Notes under the pieces: generated by a model
The model's database searches: none
The model's input: the letters and a program-made list of their open reading frames with translations, nothing else
Told to the model about the DNA's origin: nothing
Made by a program: the position numbers and the translations under genes
Shown: piece after piece, positions 46,880-55,397 of the stretch
How positions within the stretch are numbered: the first letter of the stretch is position 1
Layout: each line of letters opens with the position of its first letter
IMG/VR virus record: IMGVR_UViG_3300027881_000536
Span: 54,156-118,155 of that record
DNA from: a virus
DNA length: 64,000 bases
Strand: one strand, 5' to 3'

Positions 46880-47112
46880 TCTTCTTCCCCCATCAGTTTG
46901 TAGATGAGAACCTGTTGTTCAAGGGTCTCGAACTCTAATTCCCTCCTCGCTTGATAGTTAATCTCTAAGTCACTACGCAACCGCTTGACCTCTGCGAGCA
47001 AGTCCTCGTATGTTTTCAAGTGCCTTCTCCAAGCAAAGTCATCAGCACTTCCCATTGGGCCATCATTAAACTCAGTAATGAGTAATCTCAAATCTTCTCG
47101 GTCTGTGTTCAT
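46876..47112 (-). CDS. Hypothetical protein with DLLAEVKRLR coiled coil (78 aa)
   Basis: Start MNTDRED by ATGA overlap. Confidence 0.6.
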   Translation of the reverse strand: MNTDREDLRLLITEFNDGPMGSADDFAWRRHLKTYEDLLAEVKRLRSDLEINYQARRELEFETLEQQVLIYKLMGEEE

Positions 47113-47438
47113 TGTCTTCTCCCCCTTTTCACATCGTCTCGGTATTCCATTATGGCTGCAAGCCCTGCTGCTGCCCAGAATGCATCTGAATTGATGGCCC
47201 ACCAACCCATCACATTCCCTACGGCTCCGACGAAGATGAATAGCCCACCTATGAGCATCCAATGATGGCCTATGGCTATGATGCTGAGGTCATCCACCGT
47301 TAGTTCTCCATCTGCGTTCACATCGAACCAGCCAGTTAGTTTCTTCTTGAGGCTTGGTTGCTTGTCACAATTGCAGGCTCTACCCCAGAGGATTCTCCCG
47401 CAATATTCGCAATGAGGTGCTACTTGTGGCATCTTCAT
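47109..47438 (-). CDS. Membrane protein with Zn knuckle and EF-hand-like loop (109 aa)
   Basis: CEYC...CNC, DVNADGELTVDD, then two hydrophobic segments. Confidence 0.55.
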   Translation of the reverse strand: MKMPQVAPHCEYCGRILWGRACNCDKQPSLKKKLTGWFDVNADGELTVDDLSIIAIGHHWMLIGGLFIFVGAVGNVMGWWAINSDAFWAAAGLAAIMEYRDDVKRGRRQ

Positions 47439-47647
47439 CTAGGAATCCCTCCCATTTCAGGCTTGCCAAACTTGTATGTTACGACACGGATGTCTCTACA
47501 GTTTGGACATTTGTAGCGTTGAAAAGTATACCCTTCTAGCCATATTGATTCTTGTTTGTGGTGCGGCTTCAATGGAGAACCCATCTTGGACATCTTTCGT
47601 CCTCCTCCACTTCTGCAGAAGCAGTAATAGAGAGGCATCATATCCAC
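47435..47647 (-). CDS. Small Cys-containing protein (~70 aa)
   Basis: CFC...CPNC; coupled ORF. Confidence 0.5.
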   Translation of the reverse strand: MDMMPLYYCFCRSGGGRKMSKMGSPLKPHHKQESIWLEGYTFQRYKCPNCRDIRVVTYKFGKPEMGGIPR

Positions 47648-47769
47648 CCGAACAATTTCGCCACTACTATGATGCTCAATGCTACATTGAGGAACCCTAC
47701 TATAGTTCTCGTCAATGCTAGGCTACCTACATGCTTCTCTGACCATTTGTCTATTTCTTTTCCATTCAT
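47638..47769 (-). CDS. Single-TM micro-protein (43 aa)
   Basis: MNGKEIDKW...LNVALSIIVVAKLFGWI; start by ATGA overlap. Confidence 0.55.
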   Translation of the reverse strand: MNGKEIDKWSEKHVGSLALTRTIVGFLNVALSIIVVAKLFGWI

Positions 47770-47930
47770 TTTCCATCTCTCCTTGGTCCCCAATAATCTA
47801 TTCTCCATCTGCTCTGCCAGTAGTTTCTCTCTTTCCTTAGTCGAGTAATCTCTACTGTTAAGCAACCAGGACAAGTCCTTTTCATTTTCTCCCCATGATA
47901 CTTACATGAATCGCTGTTTGTTGTTATCAT
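47766..47930 (-). CDS. Micro-protein (54 aa), missed by the ORF track
   Basis: MITTNSDSCKYHGEKMKRTCPGC...; ATGA overlaps on both sides. Confidence 0.55.
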   Translation of the reverse strand: MITTNSDSCKYHGEKMKRTCPGCLTVEITRLRKERNYWQSRWRIDYWGPRRDGK

Positions 47931-48145
47931 TCTCTCACATCCACAAGGAACTTACTTTCGTCGGTGCTCTCATACCCACAATGACATGAGAAGGTCTCAA
48001 AGGACAACTCATCGTATTCTAGGTGGTCATAGTGTATCTCATTATACTCTTTGTGGTAGTAGACACTATAGCCACACTCTCCTGACCTCCACATTGTTAT
48101 ACCATCTTCATCACCGCATTCTGGGCATTTAATCTTCTTCTTCAT
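47927..48145 (-). CDS. Zn-ribbon protein (72 aa)
   Basis: CPECG...CHCG. Confidence 0.6.
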   Translation of the reverse strand: MKKKIKCPECGDEDGITMWRSGECGYSVYYHKEYNEIHYDHLEYDELSFETFSCHCGYESTDESKFLVDVRE

Positions 48146-48293
48146 CTTCCTTCATCTCCTTCTCCAATCTTTTTCCAGCGTTAATCAATATCCCAATGAT
48201 TTCGTGTTGCTTCATGACTAGTTTTTCAAGTGCATCAAGCCTCTTTGTGAGGTGTTCCACACAAGGTTTCCAATGATTGCCTGGTGTGGTCAT
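48129..48293 (-). CDS. Micro-protein (54 aa), missed by the ORF track
   Basis: MTTPGNHWKPCVEHLTKRLDALEKLV...EDEEED. Confidence 0.55.
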   Translation of the reverse strand: MTTPGNHWKPCVEHLTKRLDALEKLVMKQHEIIGILINAGKRLEKEMKEDEEED

Positions 48294-48626
48294 TCACTCT
48301 CCCCCTAGTTTTTCATACAGGTCTTCTGACTCTTTCTCAGTCTTCTCAATCAGTTTCTCTATCTCCCAAGAGCATTCCCACAGTTCGTCGGTAGCGTGAT
48401 GAGAAGGGTTGATACCTATGTTTTCGCACAACCCGTCTGCTTCGTCTGAATAATAAGCAGCATCATCTACTGCTTTCTTAGCATCATACATCTCTTGCAG
48501 TTTCGCCTCCAACGCATTCCAAGGAGCCCAGTGCTCCTTCTTTGCCTCTATCGCATCAAACTCTGCTAGTCTGGCTAGGTCCTCTTCAAGCATGTAGGCT
48601 TCCTCTTGACTATCTAGTGGAGTCAT
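48294..48626 (-). CDS. Acidic hypothetical protein (110 aa)
   Basis: Abutting ORFs; helical, acidic composition. Confidence 0.6.
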   Translation of the reverse strand: MTPLDSQEEAYMLEEDLARLAEFDAIEAKKEHWAPWNALEAKLQEMYDAKKAVDDAAYYSDEADGLCENIGINPSHHATDELWECSWEIEKLIEKTEKESEDLYEKLGGE

Positions 48627-48878
48627 TCACTCTTCCTCCTCTGCATCTAGTGCTTCGTGATACATCTTGAACAGTTCGTCAAATGTCCCTTGGTCTATCA
48701 CGCTAGCACCTATCATTGTGGCCACAGCCATAGTGAACGCTAGGTTTTCTCTGTTCACTCTCTGGTAGTCGTTTATCAATTCCCTCATCTTGAAGTATAG
48801 TACTCCTACTAATCCTAAGCAACAGCCTAGAATGAACAGTTCAAAGTGTTCGTGTTCGATTATATCAGTTATTTTCAT
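48627..48878 (-). CDS. Hypothetical membrane protein (83 aa)
   Basis: Hydrophobic N-terminal segment; EEEE tail. Confidence 0.6.
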   Translation of the reverse strand: MKITDIIEHEHFELFILGCCLGLVGVLYFKMRELINDYQRVNRENLAFTMAVATMIGASVIDQGTFDELFKMYHEALDAEEEE

Positions 48879-49127
48879 TCACTTAACCTCCTTTACGCTT
48901 TGGACCTCAACATAGGTTTCGCTTGCGCTGTCGCTGTCGCAGTAGCATACATCATTATCGTCTGCTATTCTTTCTGCTTCTTCTTGGCTTTCTGCTTCAA
49001 TGGTGAAGTAGTGGTATTCAGTCACCGTTATCATTACTTTCCACTCTCTTATTTCTTGGTCGGAGCCGGAGGGCGAACCCTCCGACTCCAGGTTTTCGTT
49101 TCCTGTTACCATAGCAATCAGCCCCAT
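48879..49127 (-). CDS. Hypothetical protein (~82 aa)
   Basis: Coupled ORF; VTEYHYFTIEAESQEEA is a phage-type motif. Confidence 0.55.
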   Translation of the reverse strand: MGLIAMVTGNENLESEGSPSGSDQEIREWKVMITVTEYHYFTIEAESQEEAERIADDNDVCYCDSDSASETYVEVQSVKEVK

Positions 49128-49438
49128 GTTCTCTTATCTCGGGCTCTCATCTTCAGCACATATTCCGAGCATTTCGGACATAGACGCTGGAAAAAACCCA
49201 AGGTCTTCAGATTCTTCCAACCATTCGCTTCTAGGAACGGCTTGGTTTGCTTCTTAATGAGACCACTGGTGAGGGCAACAGGACCATCGTCGGATTTGAT
49301 GTCTATTTCAATCATCTTACCGCACTTAACCCTCCCGAACTCGCCTGCCGTCATGCCTAAGTCCCCTCCGGTTCCCATAGCAGGACGGCCAGGACAGGTA
49401 CAAGTCAAGATAGTCTTGAATTGGCTTATCTTACCCAT
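49118..49438 (-). CDS. Zn-binding hypothetical protein (106 aa)
   Basis: CTC...KCG...CPKC. Confidence 0.55.
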   Translation of the reverse strand: MGKISQFKTILTCTCPGRPAMGTGGDLGMTAGEFGRVKCGKMIEIDIKSDDGPVALTSGLIKKQTKPFLEANGWKNLKTLGFFQRLCPKCSEYVLKMRARDKRTWG

Positions 49439-49915
49439 TCAAAGCACCATCATTCCGTCTTGCTTCCGCTTCTCGTCAATCTCTCTCTGCCACATGGCAA
49501 AGACTGGTAGGTCTCCTACGCCTATGTCCTCAGACTTAGACGGAAGACTCCTATCGTCAGCGATTGTCTGCCAAAGCCTAGGCCAGTGGGACATTTCCAT
49601 GTGTCCACTTGTTCCGTCACCCCCAGCCTTGAAGGCTGCTCGTATCTGTTGTAGACAACCACAGGTTCCAGTTTTTATGCGCCCATGTAGTCCTGGGTTG
49701 GTACTGCTTTTCCAGTCAGGTCCTACGAACCCAAAGAGTTCGCCTCCCTTACCTTCCCACTCACTAGGGTTGCCCCATGCAGCCTCAATGTTTTCAGGAT
49801 GCTCCGTTAGGTAGTCTATCGCATGGTCATACTTGTCCTTCGGTATTATGAAACCGTGGTCAGGTAGACCGCATTCAATCATCATTTCTTCGTCAATTTT
49901 TTCAATATTACTCAT
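49439..49915 (-). CDS. Hypothetical protein (158 aa)
   Basis: Coupled ORF; GCLQQIR motif. Confidence 0.6.
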   Translation of the reverse strand: MSNIEKIDEEMMIECGLPDHGFIIPKDKYDHAIDYLTEHPENIEAAWGNPSEWEGKGGELFGFVGPDWKSSTNPGLHGRIKTGTCGCLQQIRAAFKAGGDGTSGHMEMSHWPRLWQTIADDRSLPSKSEDIGVGDLPVFAMWQREIDEKRKQDGMMVL

Positions 49916-49991
49916 ATTTCTTTCTCCTTGTTTTTGGGTTTGTGTAGGCTCTGGGCCGAGGAGTCTCCTTCTCCCCGACCCAGTTTTGCAT
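49908..49991 (-). CDS. Basic micro-protein (27 aa)
   Basis: MQNWVGEKETPRPRAYTNPKTRRKKYE fills the gap with overlaps. Confidence 0.4.
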   Translation of the reverse strand: MQNWVGEKETPRPRAYTNPKTRRKKYE

Positions 49992-50164
49992 CAGTCTTTC
50001 TCCCTTCGCAGGTAGATGTTCATAACAGGGCCTGCCTTCCACGAGTCCTGTCTGACTGTCATTATTAGTCCAGCGTCAGTTAACCTTTCAATAAATTCAA
50101 TTTCTAAGGCGCTAGCCATTTCAGTTAGCCATTCCCTAAATTCCAATCTATCATGTGTTTCCAT
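49991..50164 (-). CDS. Hypothetical protein (57 aa)
   Basis: Start METHD chosen from the RBS and overlap. Confidence 0.5.
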   Translation of the reverse strand: METHDRLEFREWLTEMASALEIEFIERLTDAGLIMTVRQDSWKAGPVMNIYLRREKD

Positions 50165-50498
50165 CTTGCCATCCTCCTTCAAATTGTTCGTGTTTCTTTT
50201 CGGAGGTGGTGATACCACTATCCCCCTTCTGCAAGTCCTTCTCGGTGTCTTTGAATATCCCCATGAAGCCCTTGATGGACTCAATACTCATTCCGGGTGG
50301 GGGTGGAGGTAGGAATATACCATCCTCCGCATCCCACTCCAGCAACTCCTCTGGGAACATCTCACACACTTTCACATCATAGCGTCCGCTGTGTATGTTT
50401 CCTTGTAGGTCCTGGATGCTTCCCCATATCCATCCAAAGCCATTCTTGCAGACGGTCCCACCACATGGGCAAGGCCCATCGGTCTCCGCCATCTCCAC
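50151..50498 (-). CDS. Hypothetical protein (115 aa)
   Basis: CPCGG..C; PPPPP tract. Confidence 0.55.
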   Translation of the reverse strand: MEMAETDGPCPCGGTVCKNGFGWIWGSIQDLQGNIHSGRYDVKVCEMFPEELLEWDAEDGIFLPPPPPGMSIESIKGFMGIFKDTEKDLQKGDSGITTSEKKHEQFEGGWQDGNT

Positions 50499-50500
50499 GA

Positions 50501-50965
50501 TTATTCCTCCAGAAGTTCTAGGTCTCCAAGGATAAGAACCGCTTGGTTCTTAATTTCAGCCAAAGCATTCAGCCCAGCCTCTCCAGAGAGCAGTGCATCA
50601 CATAGCGTAGCGATGTTCAATGCTCTCTGGCCTGTTATAGACCTAGCCACTAGCCAAGGGTTTTGCTCCTCCTCAACTTCTTCTCTGGCGTTATCTACAG
50701 GTGCAGTAATTTCAGGTGCTACTTCAGCGTTAGCCAAAGTATAGAAGGCTTTTCTTGTGCTCCCATGCATCAAAATCACTCCTCTATCTCGCATTTCCTT
50801 GAGAAATCTAACAGCCGTTCCCGGCTTGATTCCCTTCCAAGGGCCAGCGAGCAGCGCCCTCTTAGTAAACGACTCTTTACCAGTCGCCCACTTCAAGGCC
50901 TGCCCTATTTTCTTCTCTTTCAGTTCTCTTTTCTTGCTCCAAGTTTTTTCACTCATTTTCTTCAT
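50501..50965 (-). CDS. Putative winged-helix DNA-binding protein (154 aa)
   Basis: FTKRALL...AVRFLKEMRDRGVI...KAFYTL is a wHTH-like pattern. Confidence 0.5.
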   Translation of the reverse strand: MKKMSEKTWSKKRELKEKKIGQALKWATGKESFTKRALLAGPWKGIKPGTAVRFLKEMRDRGVILMHGSTRKAFYTLANAEVAPEITAPVDNAREEVEEEQNPWLVARSITGQRALNIATLCDALLSGEAGLNALAEIKNQAVLILGDLELLEE

Positions 50966-51103
50966 TCTCCTCTACTCCCACTAGGTGGGACGAGGGAGTT
51001 GAACGCATACCAAAAAGGCATAACATAACACAACACAAACCAAAATGTTTCTCACACTTATCGTTGGTTATACTCCCTCGCCCCGTTCCAACGGGTGTGA
51101 GTA

Positions 51104-52711
51104 TCATAGTGCACTTATGCCGTGCACCTCTGTATATGCTGGGGTATCTCCCAGCCATTCTTCCATTAGATTTTCATTCAGTATATGGGCCATAACAGGC
51201 CTTCTGTCCTCTATATTGTATTCGATATCGGAATAATCTGCGTGGAACAAGGTGTTGTTCAGCAGGTCTGTGAACACATCATTGACTCTCTTGAGTCTCC
51301 CATCTAAGGTGTCCATACCCAATGCTGTCCCATCGAGTTTCCTCTTGTCATCAAACACAGTAGGCTTGTGAGTTATGGCTCCTGTGAAGCATTGTAGCGC
51401 ATGATACGCTGTATTCTTCTCATCGGCTGCTCTCACATAGTACAGGCTAGGGTCTTTCCAACCCTGTGATAGAGCCAAATCCATATGACTCCTGTTGATG
51501 TTCTTGACCTCTTGAGTCTCTTTGTTTTTGATGACTCTAGGTGGTGATAGACCTATGTTGTTCTCACTCATCACATACATCAGTTTGTCCATCAGTTGGA
51601 TGTCCATCGGAACCCAAGAGAGCAGTTCGGTATTGACCAACCACTCATTGAGTTCTGCTGTGGCATTCACTAGGTCTAAGCCTAACACATCCCAATCAAT
51701 ATCAGCCATGACTCCCTTGGTATGTCTGAGGTTCAAGGCTGTCTTGATGCCTCCAGCAACTGCAAGGTTGCTGCAATAGGTTCTCAAGGCTCCACCATGA
51801 ACGCTGAAGGAACCTCTCCCATCTAGGCTGTTGTTAATCGTAAACCCAAACTTGTAGAGTCCATCCAGGTTCTGGGCAGCCTCACTAAATGCGTCTGTGC
51901 TTAGGAAATTGTGTCCCCTCTCCTTCAATTGGGCTGCTGCTGCTTTCCTAGTCTGTGCCGCTTGGGTCACATCTAAGTCCACTCTACAACGAGCACCATC
52001 ATTCCATGCTGTGACTGACGAGTTGATGTTGGACATCTCTGCGTATCTCAGCATCGGCTCCACCCATTGAGGGTGCGGAAGCACATGGTATCTATCGCTG
52101 ACTGAGCCCAGTAGGGCTCCAGCAGGTCGTGTCTCTGATTTCATCGCTGGGTTGAATATACTCCAAGTGGCTGCGCTGCCATTGGGCTTGTTCACCCTTA
52201 CGAACTCCTCTCCACTAAACACAAAGTTAGGTAGGAACTCTGGTGTGAAGTTCCAAGGAGCCGTCTTCCTGGCTCTCCCTCCCTTCAACAGGGCTCCATC
52301 CCATACATCTGCGGAAGAATCTACTTCTTCGGCTTCCCATACCTTAGCAAACTCCACTCCTTTCGTTAGTTCTGTTGTTGGGGTGTCGTTGATGCGTGCT
52401 ATGAGGTTCTTCTCTGCTGCACCTTGTTCTACCATGTCTATCAGGTCTATGTGCAATTCGCTACTTGGCTGCACTGGCTGTCTCTCTCCTTTGAAGACCA
52501 TCTCGGGTCTGAATACTCCTCCAGGTGTCTCAAATTGGGACACCTTACAGAGCCATTCTCCCTCTTTAATCTTGAAAGTGGTCAAGGCATCGAATGGGAC
52601 TAGGGTGATTGTATCGTCTCCCCCTATAGCCGAGTAGTGTAGCGATACTACTGTCCCAGATTCGCTCTTCTTGACCTTATCTGCTATCATTATTATTTTC
52701 TGTTTTGTCAT
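51104..52711 (-). CDS. DUF932-family phage/plasmid protein with N-terminal extension (535 aa)
   Basis: VSDRYHVLPH, NSLDGRGSF...RTYCSN...LRHTKG signature. Confidence 0.75.
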   Translation of the reverse strand: MTKQKIIMIADKVKKSESGTVVSLHYSAIGGDDTITLVPFDALTTFKIKEGEWLCKVSQFETPGGVFRPEMVFKGERQPVQPSSELHIDLIDMVEQGAAEKNLIARINDTPTTELTKGVEFAKVWEAEEVDSSADVWDGALLKGGRARKTAPWNFTPEFLPNFVFSGEEFVRVNKPNGSAATWSIFNPAMKSETRPAGALLGSVSDRYHVLPHPQWVEPMLRYAEMSNINSSVTAWNDGARCRVDLDVTQAAQTRKAAAAQLKERGHNFLSTDAFSEAAQNLDGLYKFGFTINNSLDGRGSFSVHGGALRTYCSNLAVAGGIKTALNLRHTKGVMADIDWDVLGLDLVNATAELNEWLVNTELLSWVPMDIQLMDKLMYVMSENNIGLSPPRVIKNKETQEVKNINRSHMDLALSQGWKDPSLYYVRAADEKNTAYHALQCFTGAITHKPTVFDDKRKLDGTALGMDTLDGRLKRVNDVFTDLLNNTLFHADYSDIEYNIEDRRPVMAHILNENLMEEWLGDTPAYTEVHGISAL

Positions 52712-52925
52712 TTTCTTCTTCTCCTTTTTCTTGGTAACCCTCTACGAGGGCTTGACACTTATCTACTTTGCCTTGTTGCAAAGGATAAAGCGAAAGGCTG
52801 GGGGTGGAACCTACATCCCACTCCTCAAACATCCACTCTTGTGTTATCAGTCTGATTTTCATGAAGTCAGACTTCATCTTCCTCATCCTCATCTGGAGCA
52901 AGTAACTTTTGTAATTCCCAGCCAC
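52677..52925 (-). CDS. Hypothetical protein (~82 aa)
   Basis: ORF in the coupled array; start uncertain. Confidence 0.35.
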   Translation of the reverse strand: MAGNYKSYLLQMRMRKMKSDFMKIRLITQEWMFEEWDVGSTPSLSLYPLQQGKVDKCQALVEGYQEKGEEENDKTENNNDSR

Positions 52926-53139
52926 TCTTCACTTCTCTCCGTTCAAGGTACTCTACGCACCTTTGGTTGTGTTTCTCTCTATTACCAGGTCTTTCGTAGT
53001 ACTTGGGCATGTAAGATTTCATGTACGCCCTATCTCTTTTTTGCCTCGGGGTCATACATCTTACATGTCTTGTTCTCGGTCTCCCTTTCCCTTGGTATGG
53101 GACAGGCTCTCCACATTCTAGACAATTAGTTACAATCAT
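52867..53139 (-). CDS. Zn-finger/basic protein (90 aa)
   Basis: CLECG...GRPR..H..C followed by a basic helix. Confidence 0.6.
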   Translation of the reverse strand: MIVTNCLECGEPVPYQGKGRPRTRHVRCMTPRQKRDRAYMKSYMPKYYERPGNREKHNQRCVEYLERREVKSGWELQKLLAPDEDEEDEV

Positions 53140-53228
53140 TTTGCTGTCTCCTTGAGAAAGAACACCACATAGGCAAAGAACCAGATGAATACAATACCCA
53201 TGGCTCCCAATATTAATTCACTAAACAT
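53136..53228 (-). CDS. Single-TM micro-protein (30 aa)
   Basis: MFSELILGAMGIVFIWFFAYVVFFLKETAK; overlaps on both sides. Confidence 0.55.
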   Translation of the reverse strand: MFSELILGAMGIVFIWFFAYVVFFLKETAK

Positions 53229-53403
53229 CGCTTGAGCCCCCTTTGACTAAAATTTCGACTTGACGATGTCTAATGTCTCCACTTAATAATGCTTCCTCTA
53301 CACAGGCTTCACAGTATTGGTATACGCCCACCTTAGAGTAAACTATCGTCAGAGGTTTGTCACCTCTTTTACAGGATTTACAACTCTTTCGCCTTGTGTT
53401 CAT
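53221..53403 (-). CDS. Zn-finger protein (60 aa)
   Basis: CKSC...CEAC. Confidence 0.6.
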   Translation of the reverse strand: MNTRRKSCKSCKRGDKPLTIVYSKVGVYQYCEACVEEALLSGDIRHRQVEILVKGGSSDV

Positions 53404-53957
53404 TCTTCTTCCCCCTCATCAATATCAAATGAGCCATGTTCATCTAAAACAAGGTATGACTCCACATCATATACACCAGGAACTTCATCATGGACTACTT
53501 CTGTCTCCTCCACTTCAATTCCTTGCATTGAAAGGTAAACCCCAGTAATCCAAGGAGGTGCCTCTTCGTACTCTCCGTAAGCCCCTCTTAGGAAGTCGTA
53601 CATGATTTGCTCCCTCTGAAAACTACCTTCTTTTGCCTCTTGAAGGGACTTAACCTTAGCATCGTGTGTGGATTTTACACGCTTACACATCTCTTTGTAT
53701 TCATCCCGTTCTGCTTTCCTTTCCCACCATTTCTTTTTGCTCGCCATCAGTATTGTGTGCCTCTTCATCGTGCCAATCCTATTCCTATACTTATTATGAG
53801 TTTCAAATGGTCTGGCATCGACCTCTTTTCTGTATTCTTCTATTGTTTTCATTGTCATTTTATTCACCATTAAATCCAGCCATAGTTGGCTTTTCTTCAT
53901 TCTTTTTCTTTTTCGCTGCTGCCGTGACTGGGTATTTAGTCTCCCAATCACTATCAC
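53400..53957 (-). CDS. Coiled-coil hypothetical protein (up to 185 aa)
   Basis: Basic coiled coil plus acidic tail; start uncertain. Confidence 0.55.
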   Translation of the reverse strand: MIVIGRLNTQSRQQRKRKRMKKSQLWLDLMVNKMTMKTIEEYRKEVDARPFETHNKYRNRIGTMKRHTILMASKKKWWERKAERDEYKEMCKRVKSTHDAKVKSLQEAKEGSFQREQIMYDFLRGAYGEYEEAPPWITGVYLSMQGIEVEETEVVHDEVPGVYDVESYLVLDEHGSFDIDEGEEE

Positions 53958-54171
53958 TTATCGCATTGATGACCTCATCTGCATACCAGGAGTTAGTACA
54001 ATCTCTACATATCTCCACTTCAGCCTCGAGTAGTAGTGCAGGGTCTAATTTTTGAGGTGGGGTCATAATCCCACAGGCTTCACACTCTATGCAACTATCA
54101 CACTCATCGTAGTCAAGAAGAGCGACATTACATCCTTCACACATCGCTATATCAACATGCTTAGGGTTCAT
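53860..54171 (-). CDS. Cys-rich Zn-finger protein (103 aa)
   Basis: CEGC, CDSC, CEAC, CRDC. Confidence 0.6.
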   Translation of the reverse strand: MNPKHVDIAMCEGCNVALLDYDECDSCIECEACGIMTPPQKLDPALLLEAEVEICRDCTNSWYADEVINAISDSDWETKYPVTAAAKKKKNEEKPTMAGFNGE

Positions 54172-54392
54172 TCTTCCTCACCTTCTCTCATATGGGGTGG
54201 AATTAAGTCCCCTTTGAGCAAGATTTTAGCCGTGATGGGCTCTCCTGCCACATTGACTTGGCTAATGTAATGCATCCAGACATTATTATGTTGGTCTCTG
54301 GTATAGTGGGTCTCATTCATTCTTCTCACCCTCTTCTTTAGCATGTTGCTTAGCAAATTCCCACATGAGTGGCAACAGTGGTATTTTATCAA
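54168..54392 (-). CDS. Hypothetical protein (up to 74 aa)
   Basis: Coupled; EEE tail. Confidence 0.45.
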   Translation of the reverse strand: MIKYHCCHSCGNLLSNMLKKRVRRMNETHYTRDQHNNVWMHYISQVNVAGEPITAKILLKGDLIPPHMREGEEE

Positions 54393-54416
54393 ACATATCT
54401 TCTACTGTTTGCATAA

Positions 54417-54938
54417 TCACCAACTCGAACGATACTCATACCAAGTGTAGAATTTGGGGGCATCTCCGTTTACTATCGGCTTGAGTTGGTCTATCGTTGG
54501 CTTGATTTGCCACTCAAAATAGTCCTTATCGTACCCTTTACCACCAAAGAAGAATCCCTCAGTATTAGGTAGGTTCTCCTCTGCAAACTGCTTAGCCATC
54601 TCATTAGGCTGACCATGGTTATTCTTGTTCTTCAAGTAACATGACCATATGCCTTCACAGATTTTGAGCAATGTACTCAAACTCTTGCAGTTCTCCCCAG
54701 AGACCTCGACATGATAGGTGCGACAATTATCGTTCCCCTCTTGGACATTCTCCACAAACCAACCGTGAATTGCATTACACTTTCTCCAGTAGGCTGCTTC
54801 TTCCACAATCTGGACTACTTTCTCTTCATTTACACCCGGCATCCCTGTTATCTTTAACTTGCGCTCTGGTTGGTTGGTTGAACTGAGATAGAAAGAAATC
54901 ACAGATGTGTGTTTTGTGAGATACATATCTAGTCCCAT
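54417..54938 (-). CDS. Conserved phage hypothetical protein (MGLDMYL...YWRK.NAIH family, 173 aa)
   Basis: MGLDMYL, YWRKCNAIHGWFV, GFFFG, YRSSW pattern common in tailed viruses. Confidence 0.7.
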   Translation of the reverse strand: MGLDMYLTKHTSVISFYLSSTNQPERKLKITGMPGVNEEKVVQIVEEAAYWRKCNAIHGWFVENVQEGNDNCRTYHVEVSGENCKSLSTLLKICEGIWSCYLKNKNNHGQPNEMAKQFAEENLPNTEGFFFGGKGYDKDYFEWQIKPTIDQLKPIVNGDAPKFYTWYEYRSSW

Positions 54939-55018
54939 TACTCTTCCTCCTTTACTGCACCCATTACAGGTTCTTTACCTCTAACTCTTCTCCAGAATAA
55001 TTTCATTGACCTAATCAT
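54938..55018 (-). CDS. Micro-protein (26 aa)
   Basis: MIRSMKLFWRRVRGKEPVMGAVKEEE; TAATG and ATGA overlaps. Confidence 0.45.
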   Translation of the reverse strand: MIRSMKLFWRRVRGKEPVMGAVKEEE

Positions 55019-55086
55019 TCTTCATCCTCCAATCTACACTTCTTTAGGTGTTCTCTCCAAGGTATCATTTCATCGTGAATACTCAT
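55015..55086 (-). CDS. Micro-protein (23 aa)
   Basis: MSIHDEMIPWREHLKKCRLEDEE; ATGA overlaps on both sides. Confidence 0.45.
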   Translation of the reverse strand: MSIHDEMIPWREHLKKCRLEDEE

Positions 55087-55397
55087 TCTTCTTCCTCCTC
55101 ACGCCCTATGTTGTAGTTCTTCCACAGCGTGAAACCGAAATTGTTCATTCCATCTTTGGACAAAAGATTGTATTCCATCAGTTTTCCCTTGTGTTTCACC
55201 AAATAATCGTATACCTCTGCGACATTCTCCATACCAAAGCCATCACAGCCGTTGTTGAGGTGCTGTCTGATGAACAGGTCAGCGATAGTCCAATTATCCC
55301 TGTTCACACTGTGAAACTTGGGGTCACTGTATTTCGGTTCCTCTCCGTCATCCGCACAATTTTCCAATAGGTATGCGATAATCTCTTCTTTGCTCAT
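55083..55397 (-). CDS. Hypothetical protein (104 aa)
   Basis: Start MSKEEII by ATGA overlap; EEEEE tail. Confidence 0.6.
   Translation of the reverse strand: MSKEEIIAYLLENCADDGEEPKYSDPKFHSVNRDNWTIADLFIRQHLNNGCDGFGMENVAEVYDYLVKHKGKLMEYNLLSKDGMNNFGFTLWKNYNIGREEEEE

Larger units (their letters stand above)
46282..46883. repeat. Three direct repeats (~31-52 bp) spanning gene starts
   Basis: TCCTTCGTATTTGTCTGT(A/G)TCAATCATTCTT at ~46303-46333, 46539-46569 and 46853-46883; copies 1 and 3 extend a further ~21 bp. Confidence 0.9.

Noticed and set aside
48846-49814. 322-aa plus-strand ORF
   Set aside because: It is antisense to three tightly coupled minus-strand genes, has a Ser/Pro/Leu/Cys-rich shadow composition and has no RBS context.
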